Assembly (NCBI GenBank): GCA_000934665.2
Contig: JYFJ02001337.1
Span: 62,001-83,219 of the forward strand
From: Catajapyx aquilonaris
Lineage: Eukaryota
Length of the DNA: 21,219 nucleotides
Direction: 5' to 3'
Within the stretch, counting starts at the first letter, position 1. The number at the start of each line of letters is the position of its first letter. The notes under the pieces are model-generated. The model was given only the letters and a program-made list of their open reading frames with translations, had not been told where the DNA came from and did no database searches. This document shows, in pieces, positions 11,083-20,368 of this stretch. The position numbers and the translations under genes were made by a program.

Positions 11083-13067
11083 TCCCAGCTGCTCCTACTA
11101 TCATCAACGAATAATCAAGTACTGCCCCATTGCGATGGAAGAGGAAGAGCACACATTCAACTGCTGCGAGTTCCTCCTCCTGCAGGTGAGCCTTCGTTTT
11201 AATGTCCTTACTAATGCTCAAGTGACGTGGACATAATGTGTTGTAAATTGTAATCTAGCAGCAAATGTTACATATAGTCCTGAGAGGAAGTTGTTTAAAA
11301 ATGAATCATGCAGTTAGTTATTCTTACACCTGAATATTACTCATAACATGTAACACTTTCTGTGGTATGTATTACACCAACTCTGTATCTCTTCAGAGGT
11401 TACAAGAAAATGCCCGCCTACGCCGCTTTCTTCAGACGCGACTTCAGGCTGAGCGTGACTGGGGCTTTCATGCGATTGTCCCAGAACTTTGTCAAGATGA
11501 TGACAATGACATTGCCAGTGATTCTGAGGGAACAAGCAGATCTCTTGAGCCACAAGTACTGGTAGAGCAGGAAGCAATATTTCGCCCCTTGGACCTCTGG
11601 TTTTTAGCCAAGACCCTGGAAGAGGCCAGGGACAGATTTGTTACCTTCTTGTGCCAGGAAAAAGAAAAAGAGGAGGAGGAGAAGTTGCATCATACAAGAA
11701 AGGATGTCGGAATTCTCCACTTACAGAATGAATCACTGCTCTCCCGGTATCTCAGCTCCCACAACTTTGTGGAACTTAGGCTGGACAAAGCTTTCAGTCA
11801 CCTCACTGATCTCCCCAAAGAGGTATTTACACTGTTTCAATCATCAAGAAACCCCTATATAGTGATATCTCCAAGGATATCTCAATCTAATGCTCTGCTT
11901 CCAGTTGTTTCGATGCAGAAATGTCCGTGTCCTGAGCCTGACACATAATTCCTTGAGTCGTCTCCCAGCTGAGATAGGCCGCCTGGAATTTCTGGAAAAA
12001 TTACACCTGACGGGAAACCAACTGGAAGTTCGCTCCGTTCCCTTCTCCCTCACATTCTGCACCAGGTTGAGGGAGCTGCACCTTGACCACAATCTCTTAG
12101 ATGCCCTACCTGGTTTTCTTCTTCGGCTGCCACTCCTAGAGAATGTCAGGAGACATGGCAATCACAACTACTTTCAGGTGTGTTGTATTTTACTGCTTTG
12201 CAAAGTTACAAAGTTGTGGATCACGCTTTTTACCAGTATTACTGTGATTTACTTCCAGGCAACATTTGTGTGGTTTCATTCTGAAGTTAACAACCGTGTC
12301 CTGCCACAAAAAGGTGACCCTGGATTGGTCCTAGGACTAACCAACCCGTGGTCATGGAAGCCTCGCTTAAGTCCTCCTGACCTGCAGGTCATTGCAGCAC
12401 AGACCATAATTGGGGCAAAGACCAATTTCTTTAGGAAAGGTTGCCTCCCACCAGCCCTGCAAGACTACGTCAGTGACATATACTTCCGATTCAACGTCTG
12501 CGCCTGGTGTCCTAGGGCTAAGCTCGTATCACTCACAGGTCTGGAATATATTTATTAGTAGCCTTTGGTAGTTAATGAAATTACAATATTAGGTCCATGT
12601 ACGTAACAGATATCTATTGTGAACTAATCTCACCTAGAGGTAACTTGCTGCTTAGATTCCAGCCAAGTTGGCACTGCTGATAGACCAGATATAGGTGTTT
12701 GTCTGGGAAAATCACTAAATGGTTGTGTAGAACATGTGTTGCTGTTGAGATGGCTTTGTTATGATAAATGTACTGTTTCATGGAAGAGGAGTCACTTCCA
12801 TTTTAGCGCCATGTCATCCACTTTACAGGTTTCAAGGTAGTGAGTTTTCGAGCGGAGTGGCTTGGCAACCGATGTGTTCCATTCGTGCAGTGGGCCTGCA
12901 GTGGCAGATGTGCAGAGGCCATCGAGAGGCCTGCAAGGAAGCAGCAACTGGAGGTCTGTCGCAGGATGGACCATGACTACGAGGAGTATATTCACAGGTG
13001 TCAGGAGGAATTCCAGTCAAGAGAAGCCAGTAGGAGTCATGACAGCATTTGTTGCTTGTTGCTGTGA
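11075..13067 (+). CDS. Leucine-rich-repeat protein with BC-box/Cullin-box-like segment, CxxC...CSxxC motif and C-terminal CaaX (LRRC58/LRRC28/LRR1-like architecture), 442 aa, 5 exons
   Basis: Exons 11075-11185, 11397-11822, 11905-12177, 12259-12538, 12829-13067 (1329 nt, GT-AG, frame continuous). LRRs: LTDLPKELFRCRNVRVLSLTHNSLSRLPAEIGRLEFLEKLHLTGNQL...LRELHLDHNLLDALPGFLLRLPLL. These are followed by PPDLQVIAAQTII, LPPALQDYV, CAWC and VPFVQWACSGRC, and the protein ends DSICCLLL*. AATAAA at 13146-13151. Confidence 0.85.
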
Positions 13068-13145
13068 TCAATGTTAACTGCTGTTAAGCAAAATGTTATG
13101 TATACCAATGAGTGTGATTTATTTTGTTGTTCCTCTAAAAGCATA

Positions 13146-13151
13146 AATAAA
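13146..13151 (+). terminator. Candidate polyadenylation signal of the LRR gene
   Basis: AATAAA about 80 nt after the stop codon, followed by T/GT-rich sequence. Confidence 0.55.
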
Positions 13152-13499
13152 TGTGATTTTTGTAACATTAGTGTTTATTATGATTCAGGTATTGGAGAAA
13201 GTTGGCTTTATTTTAACTCATATTATACTAATTTAGCATTTCATAGATTACTGGTAGCTATTCGATATCTACAATAATGCGTCCAGATTTTCTATGATAG
13301 GATACCGTATAAGGGTAATACGTTCTGCGTTCTAACAGAGTACGTTCTAACTGCTGTGAGAGTCATCTGGCGGCAATGATAATCTTTGAAACTTGTCACT
13401 CAATCTTATTTTTTTTTACAGTGGCATAAGGGAATTAGGGCATCATAATTTATCGCATATTTTACCAGACACATGTTAATTACATTAAACACTGCAACA

Positions 13500-13820
13500 C
13501 CATTGGCCACGCCACTCGCATTTAAACAATATCGATATTTATTTGCACCACATCATCACGAAATAAAGCACCAGCTACAAACTCCACAATTGGCGCAATG
13601 TGCAGTACGGTACTCCAAAGCCAACAGTGTTGAGAAGCCCCACTGACGGCATAAAACGCGGCACTGTTAAGTTGAAGGCCCCACCATTGTTGAGTGCATC
13701 GTTGTGCCAGGCGATGCACATCGGTTGCCAAGTTATCGATATTCCAAACGGAGCCCTCTGATTGGCTGCCCTCCCGTGAGAAGAAGGAGCAACGGTCAAT
13801 TTGAAAAGAGCGACCGTTTG
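13500..13820 (+). promoter_or_regulatory. Cell-cycle (G2/M-type) promoter of the kinesin-5 gene
   Basis: DRE TATCGATA at 13530-13537 and 13734-13741; inverted CCAAT boxes at 13502-13506 and 13761-13765; E2F-like TTGGCGC at 13590-13596; CHR TTTGAA at 13800-13805, flanked by inverted MYB-like AACGGTC (13791-13797) and GACCGTT (13812-13818). Confidence 0.6.
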
Positions 13821-14031
13821 GCACGCACAACGAAAGGGAGGACAAGTGTGCAAGGAAGAGACTCGGCGGCCTGTGATCCCTCCCATCTCTTGGGACTCTC
13901 TTTCTCTTTTGACTGGCCTCTTACCCCCTTTGGACTCCCCCATCCTTGGACCACACACACACACCCACCTTCCGGCATTTCCTCCCAACCACCCACCCAT
14001 CCGTTTCTATTTAACTACCCCGGACTTACCC

Positions 14032-17000
14032 ATGGCTACGCTCAGTGTCACTCCAGACCCGAAAATGTCCGCCAAGCTCCAGAACAAGGACCAGAACATA
14101 CAGGTCTTCGCCAGGATCCGGTCAGTGGAGTTAACGCAACGCACTTTTTAAATATTATTAATCAGTATTAATCGCACTCGACTAGCTGCCCTTTATTGCA
14201 CACATTTTAAATGGATTGTGCTCTGGCATGGTTGCATTTTGGGATTCTCGCCAGTAGAAAATAGTCCCTTGCATCTAGTTCATTTATTATTCAAATATGG
14301 CAGTGAATCTTCTCAAGAGGGCAATCACTTTGTGAAGTTAGTGCAATGCAGTATTACTGAGACAATGTGTACACTTCCAGCCCTCCTTGTGTGACTGAGA
14401 AGTCGCGCAAGATTATGGATGTTGTGAGCAGCAGGGAAATCCTTGTTGGCGATCGATCTGGGAATGTGACTGCGAGGCACTCAAAGAAGTTCACCTTTGA
14501 TCGTGTGTTTGGCCCAGACTCGCAACAGGTAAGAAAGCATTCTTATGGCTTTTTGTTGAGCATATGGTAAGACATTTTGCATTATTATTTATGCAGCATG
14601 CAGGCTATTAGTACTGGGAAAATTTGCAGTGCTTTAGAAAAGAGGCTGCAAGACATTTAAAGGATTAATAATGATTTGGTCACCTTTTGATTGTTTTTTG
14701 ATGCTACAGTGTGTGCCCTTTGTGCATCATGCTAGGTTTCCACCAAAAAATTGGTGTCATTTATGATGCCCCGGAATCTACTGTAGACCTGGATCTGAAC
14801 CCAGTCTGCTTTGGTGATGGATGTAATGTTGCCAATATTCTCCCATTTCATCCCACAAAGAAAATCCATCAGCAAATCAGAAGTGGGATAAAGACAGTGT
14901 ACAGTGTGTTCCAAGTATTTGGGTCCTTTGGTTATGCAAATTTTGCCCCTAGTTATTATTTTTGTGTCACAGCTTTTTGCACCTATATCGAGGGGTCCAA
15001 TTATTCCCAAGTGTAGTTGAATGTAACATTGGATACCCCATGAAGCCCTCCTTGGGCCTTTAGGGGATCATCTTTTTGTTGACTGTCTTTAATCATTGCC
15101 TGTGCTGGGATAGCTTTTGATTGTGGGAGGAAACAGGACAATCCCTAGAAAACCCACGCAAACACAGACAACCCATGGAAATTCTATCAACATAGGTATC
15201 CTCTGTACAACCCGGGGATCAAACTTGGGACCTCGGAGGTGAAAGGCTGTGGTGCTGTGCTGCACAGTGTGGTCGAATATAGTTGACTGATATGTCAATC
15301 CGGGTAGAAAAGCTGCACGAAAATACTGTAACAGCTTGTGCCAAAATTTGCAACAACTTAAGGACCCAAAAACTTGGAACATACTGTATGAAAGGGGATT
15401 TGCAAAGAGGCCAAAGGCCAATCAGTTCATTCTCCAAAGCACCTACAGTTACTAATAAATACTGATGTCACTAAGTTAACTGGATAAAGTACTGGTAAAT
15501 ACCGGTACCCCCATGAACACGTCATGAGTGATCACAGTAGTGTGTATGGAAACATGTGAACATGTCTTCCTTTGCCTAAAAACTTATGATTGTAGTTCTT
15601 ACTTTATTTTAGTCCCAACCAGTTGGTTTGAATAACCAGTAACTCCTACAAGCCACAGTTTAAAGATGTTGGCTTGGCAAATGTTCCACCCTGCATACAT
15701 TGCAATTCTGCAATTCCCACAGTAATAGTGCCAAATACCGTGTGTATCGCTGTGGGGACCGAGAAATGTCCCAAGAGTCAGGACCTGTCCCCGGAGTTAC
15801 GGTAAAAACACCGATTTTGGTCCCCAGAGCTAATGGACCACAGGAACACACACACACACACACACACACACCCACACACACACTACTCTAAAATTATCAT
15901 GTAACAAATGAAAACAAGCTCTTATGCTATAATTATTTTTTCCAGGTTGATGTGTACAGAGTTGTGGTAGCCCCACTAATCGATGAAGTCCTCAAGGGAT
16001 ACAACTGCACTGTCTTTGCCTATGGGCAAACTGGCAGTGGGAAGACTTACACGATGGAAGGGGAGAGATCCCAGGCATCCCATACAGCCTGGCAAGATGT
16101 GAGTTTTTTTTTTGTACACCCTGGCATTCATAGAAATAGGAAAAACACTGCAGTGTACATATGCAGATATTTTAATGGAAGTAAGATTTCATTGTAAGTA
16201 AGGTTTCATTTGGAAATTTTAACAAAACGTTACTACAGTAAATACTAAACAGCTGGAAAGCTGGCAGGTTATAAGTACAGTGCTAAACATTAATCCTGTC
16301 TTACTGGTAGCAACATTTGCGACTGCAGCAGAAGAGTTCATCGAAGTTATGAACTGTGAGCCATGCAAGTAAGAAGTGATAAGATCCTGCTGGAGACGTC
16401 ACCGGCTGCGGGCAATTGTTTAAAACACGTTGGAGGGAGAGGGTGATGTCACTAGCAGGGTCTATCACTTCTTACTCGTGAGGCTTATACTTCATCACAT
16501 TGATAAGCTCTTCTGCTGCCATTGCAAATGTCGCTAGCAGTGAGATGGGATTAATGTCCAGCACTGTACTGTGTATGCTGTTTTTTAAAGGGGCACACCT
16601 ATGTCACCATCTAGTTATCATTCATTAACTTTGGTACCATAACTGGCAATGGAGATGCAGTCTGAGTGCCATTTAAAAATTGGATCATAGATTTGAAATG
16701 TTGTAAGAATCCAACATAAACAGGAGTAAGGACCACTTAAAATGTCTGGGTATAGTGTGCCTGCCTAAAGCAGGTGTTACACCATTGGATTAGTGGTGCA
16801 ACTTAGAGAGAATTGACTTCAGACCAGGTGCCTGCGACCTTGGAGTGCAACTGCCCAGTGCCAGTGAAAAGGCACTAGCCAGACATATTCAACTTGTTTT
16901 GCTTGCAGCTATTTATTTACAAGAGAAAAAGTACCAGTAACTTGGCGCAACAAATCACAACCTGACCAAAAAGCTCGTCCGCTTTTGAATTTCAACTCCA

Positions 17001-20000
17001 GCAGTATTGTTGCTTGGGCCACTCTGGCATCAATATTGTTTTCAGTAATTTTAAGCTGTTGAAGTACGAATATGGAAAAATAATATAATAATAATAATAA
17101 TAATATAATAATATAATAATATATAATAATAACAAATAATATGGAAAATATGGAATTTATTCCTTTCCAAAGGACCCTGGGAGTGGCATAATCCCACGTG
17201 CTCTGAGCCACATTTTTGATGAGCTGAGGATGCAGCAGGTGGAGTTTACCATGAGGGTCTCCTTCGTGGAGCTGTACAATGAAGACCTTTTTGATCTACT
17301 GAGCCAGAAGGATGATACTACAAAGCTCCGTCTGTTTGAGGACCCAGCTCGCAAGGGATCCGTGTTCATCCAAGATTTGCAGGAGGTCTGTGTGCTTACC
17401 AAAAATGAGGTCTTCTCCATCCTGCAGAAGGGTTCTCAGAAGCGACAGACAGCAACCACATTAATGAATGCACACTCCAGCCGTTCCCACACTATTTTCT
17501 CTGTGACTGTCAATGTCAAGGACAACAACCTTGATGGCGAGGAGCTGCTGTGCATCGGAAAGCTCAACCTGGTTGATCTAGCAGGCTCAGAAAATGCTGA
17601 GAGATCGGGAGCAGTTGGAAAGCAAGCCTGGGAGGCAAGAAACATAAACAAGAGCCTTCTTACTCTTGGCAAGGTCATAACAGCTCTGGCTGAGAAGACG
17701 GAGAAGTCTTTGTTTGTTCCTTACAGGTGAGAAAGTTTATGCTGTCCTCTCTAATCTTAGTTCTTCCTACAGCAAAGCATAACCTGCGTGTAGGGCAATC
17801 CGTGTGCTCCAGAAAGAGGGTCCTTGCTGAAAAATATGACAAATTGATAGTTCTTTGCCAACCCAACAAAATTGTGTGTGCTGTGAACAAGAACATGGTG
17901 CCCCTTGATAGGCTTTTCCTGGGCCTGTTTTGGCAACAGTTTCCTTTTCTAGGGGTTCTGAGCACGGTCTTAAAAGAATAGGTCAGGACACTCGCCGCCA
18001 TCTTGCTTGCCATTATTCCTTCCTACAGAGGGGCTAATATAATTATCTGTAATGGAATCCCTCGCTGGGTCATAAGTTCAGCGCCCCTTACGGCACAACT
18101 ATGCACTAACACCTAGAGTGTGACGTGATCGTGACCTAGAGCTAGGGGGTTAGTGCATAGTTGTGCCGAAAGGGACGCTGAACTTATGACCCAGCGAGGG
18201 ATTCCATTGCAGATATATTAACTCCTCTTTGGGAAAAGATAACAGCACAGCTTTTTCTATTGGCCTGGGATAGAAGTGTCCCTAGGCTGGTTCTGAGGGA
18301 ACTTGTGATTCCTTCGGCCCCAGCTTTACCATACTCTTCAGCAGCATGGACACTTCTTTTTTATAATCTTGTCAGCTATTACAAATATAACCTCTTTTTT
18401 TTGCATTTTGGGCCACATTTTAAAATCTGCTTCATTAATAATGGTGTTTAGTATAAATACACTGTACTCCTGATAATCCTGGTCAAGATTATTCGTGCAT
18501 CTCCAAAAAATAAAACTAAAAATTCAAGTTCGAAAAATGTGCCAAATTTCCCCCCTGGTGGTTAGTCTAGCGGAAATCACACCCGATACGAAGCTAGAGA
18601 TGACCCCGAACTCTGCATGAGATGAAAGGGGGAATGTCCGGGCTTGGTATCGAACCCGGAACCCTTACATCCGTGGGAGCATTTGTTTCCGCAGCACCAC
18701 TCCATTTCCCCACCATACTCTCTATACAGTAGTACATTAAAAATCTGTGAATAGCTCGTTTTCCGATGTCTAGGACCATTTTCCGATTATCTGGCAGCAC
18801 CCATGCAGTCATTAGCCCGGAAAATCGGGAGTACAGTGTAATATGGAGAGTATCGTGATCCTAAATTATGCACACTGAACACCCCTACTTTTGTATAGGC
18901 CTACTAAGCATTTTCAAAAGTAAGACCAAAAGATCAGATGAATAATTTTGACTAGCACCCTGGACTGAGACTTGTGTAAGTCTCGCATTGTAGTATGGAG
19001 AGTATCGTGATCCTAAATTATGCACACTGAACACCCCTACTTTTGTATAGGCCTACTAATCATTTTCAATAGTAAGACCAAAAGATCAGATGAATAATTT
19101 TGACTAGCACCCTGGACTAAGACTTGTGTAAGTCTCGCATTGTATTTTTAGGAGGAGCAAAATAAAATGCTCATACTCTTATATAGCCTGCCAGAGGTTC
19201 CCTGAGAATGCACGTCTGGCACCTCCCACTTTTCAAATTTCCACCCATGCTCTGAGGAGAAAGTGAGGGTACCAAGTGAAGCGAACATTATCTCATTAAA
19301 ATCATTGCACTGGCAAAGGAAATATTTTATTCAGGTGCTTGTGCTTTTCATATGTAAATTGGAATTAAGATATGATGCACTTTTGTATGTAATTGTTTTA
19401 TAAAGTAACAACATTCTTTCAAAAGCGTCACTGTTGCCATCTGGCAACCAGAAGTCATTTGTGGAAATTTGAAAAGTGGGAGGTGCCAGACATGCATTCT
19501 CTGGGGGGGCCGCTGGCTATACCCACATCCATTCTTTTCCTAGGTTATGGTGCAATGTGCTTGAGTTGGGTCAAAATGATAGGATTTTCATGAAATTTGG
19601 GCATGAGACTTTTTTTGTTTTTGTTTTTTTGTTTTGTTACCCCATGCTCGAGCCATTGCAGCTCGTTTTGGGGGGAGGGGAAAGGTTCCCAAGGGGGGGC
19701 ATCCTTGGTTTATAGTCACTCACGACTCTCTCAGATCACCAGACCTTTTCTCTGGCCCCGGGCAGCTAAGGGAGTGCAATGCTGCCCCGGCGTGTCAGGT
19801 GAAAAGCGGAAAATGACCCGGCCAAGCAGAGGTGACGGGGACGGGATTTGAACCCCGGCCTCCCGCTTGGCTAGTCAGTGGCGTAACCACTAGACTACCA
19901 CACCTCCCTTGGGCATGAGACTTGAAATTATTCATTGCATTGATTGGGAAGCAGACACAAAGCAAAACTAAGGTTATCTGGCTAGTCCATGGCATTATAA

Positions 20001-20368
20001 AAGTCGGTCTCATGTTAATTGGACACAGGCTAGTCGAGCTTAATTTGGGACAATGCATACAAGAACAACCAACTGACTTGCCCAAAAATCAGGAAATATC
20101 AGGGGATATAATGATTGCATATTTTGTTGTAGTTCGGGTAACAATGTGTTAAACTCTGCATATTCTGCCACGTAGGGAATCTAAACTGACCCGTATCCTG
20201 CAAGATTCCCTGGGTGGACGCACCAAGACGAGCATTATTGCCACTGTTTCACCAAGTCTTTGTAACTTCGACGAGAGTCTCTCCACACTTGACTATGCTC
20301 ACAGGGCCAAGGATATTACTAACAAGCCTGAGGTTAACCAGAAGAGGCACAAGAGTGATGTCATCAAG
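14032..20368 (+). CDS. KIF11: Kinesin-5 (BimC/Eg5/KIF11/Klp61F family), N-terminal motor domain and neck linker; 3'-partial, continues beyond the window
   Basis: Exons 14032-14120, 14381-14528, 15946-16098, 17173-17726, 20176-20368 (GT-AG, frame continuous; alternative ATG at 14065). Motifs: [44 protein letters not shown] (P-loop), long loop 5 ...[27 protein letters not shown] (switch I), [19 protein letters not shown] (switch II), [29 protein letters not shown], and the kinesin-5-type neck linker [10 protein letters not shown]. Confidence 0.9.
15086..15281 (-). mobile_element. Decayed tRNA-derived SINE with V-domain-like core
   Basis: Minus strand: tRNA-like head GCCTTTCACCTCCGAGGTCCCAAGTTTGATCCCCGGG (degenerate B box at 15215-15225), followed by GTGTTTGCGTGGGTTTTCTAGGGATTGTCCTGTTTCCTCCCACAATCAAAAG, which resembles the recalled V-SINE core GTGTCTGCGTGGGTTTTCTCCGGGTGCTCCGGTTTCCTCCCACAGTCCAAAG. 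Boundaries are uncertain; GTTGACTG occurs at both 15078-15085 and 15282-15289. Confidence 0.6.
15847..15884. repeat. (AC)n microsatellite
   Basis: ACACAC run with one CC interruption in kinesin intron 2. Confidence 0.95.
16278..16566. mobile_element. Tc1/mariner-type MITE with about 125-bp imperfect terminal inverted repeats (TIRs)
   Basis: Begins TA|CAGTGCT and ends AGCACTG|TA (TA at 16276-16277 and 16567-16568). Arm 16278-16403 aligns along its length with the reverse complement of 16442-16566 (shared blocks ACATTAATCC, ACATTTGC, GCAGCAGAAGAG, AGTAAGAAGTGATA); 38-nt spacer. Confidence 0.85.
17079..17141. repeat. Degenerate (AAT)n / (AATAT) low-complexity repeat
   Basis: Almost pure A/T run of ATA units just upstream of the kinesin exon 4 acceptor. 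Confidence 0.85.
18027..18228. repeat. Near-perfect long inverted repeat (fold-back / MITE-like)
   Basis: Core arms 18044-18110 and 18149-18215 (67 nt) differ at only 3 positions. Weaker outer pairing AGAGGGGCTAATAT / ATATTAACTCCTCT extends the stem. 38-nt spacer. Confidence 0.9.
18460..18838. mobile_element. TA-flanked pogo/Tc1-mariner-like MITE containing tRNA-like (Pol III box) fragments
   Basis: TA|CACTGTACTCCTGATAATCCTGG ... CCCGGAAAATCGGGAGTACAGTG|TA, with a subterminal CCGATTATCTGG copy. Internal minus-strand A box TGGTGCTGCGG (18689-18699) and B box GGTTCGATACC (18646-18656). Confidence 0.7.
18841..19144 (+). repeat. Tandem direct duplication, 2 x 152 bp
   Basis: 18841-18992 and 18993-19144 differ at 4 positions. 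TGTA occurs at all three junctions (18837-18840, 18989-18992, 19141-19144). Confidence 0.95.
19182..19521. mobile_element. MITE-like element with 41-bp near-perfect subterminal inverted repeats
   Basis: 19204-19244 GAGAATGCACGTCTGGCACCTCCCACTTTTCAAATTTCCAC versus the reverse complement of 19461-19501: 1 mismatch. Outer ends are TATAGCC ... GGCTATA; the interior is AT-rich. Confidence 0.8.
19612..19908 (-). mobile_element. Full-length tRNA-derived SINE with 15-bp target-site duplication
   Basis: TSD TTGGGCATGAGACTT at 19597-19611 and 19909-19923. Minus-strand head has A box TAGTCTAGTGG (19887-19897) and B box GGTTCAAATCC (19844-19854). GCCAAGCGGGAGGCCGGGGTTC resembles the tRNA-Gly/Asp anticodon-to-T-arm region. 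A-rich (AnC) tail at about 19612-19637. Confidence 0.92.

Noticed and set aside
13522..14171. Long ORFs on both strands over the kinesin promoter
   Set aside because: They are by-products of GC-rich, low-complexity promoter/UTR sequence; only 14032-14120 fits the kinesin.
14705..15016. TACAGTGTG motifs and a DLNPV peptide suggesting a Tc1/mariner transposase remnant
   Set aside because: Both TACAGTGTG copies are in direct orientation, and the similarity to SPDLNPIE is too short to support.
15750..15826. Short GGGGACC / GGTCCCC inverted pair next to the AC microsatellite
   Set aside because: Only about 8-9 bp with no TSD; cannot be distinguished from chance or a very old relic.
17675..18013. 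Minus-strand 112-aa ORF beginning MASKMAA
   Set aside because: The start-like context comes from a YY1-type motif beside a repeat; the rest is antisense intron and exon sequence with no domain.
17910..18300. Weak direct similarity flanking the long hairpin (GCTTTT..GGCCTG..CTAGG..GGTTCTGAG twice)
   Set aside because: Patchy and gapped; not convincing without an alignment statistic.
18841..19144. CRISPR-like or prokaryotic repeat array
   Set aside because: Only two 152-bp units without spacers, inside a spliceosomal intron; nothing prokaryotic in the window.
19835..19908. Functional tRNA gene
   Set aside because: The acceptor and anticodon stems do not pair properly, and the sequence continues into a body, A-rich tail and TSD, so it is a SINE head.
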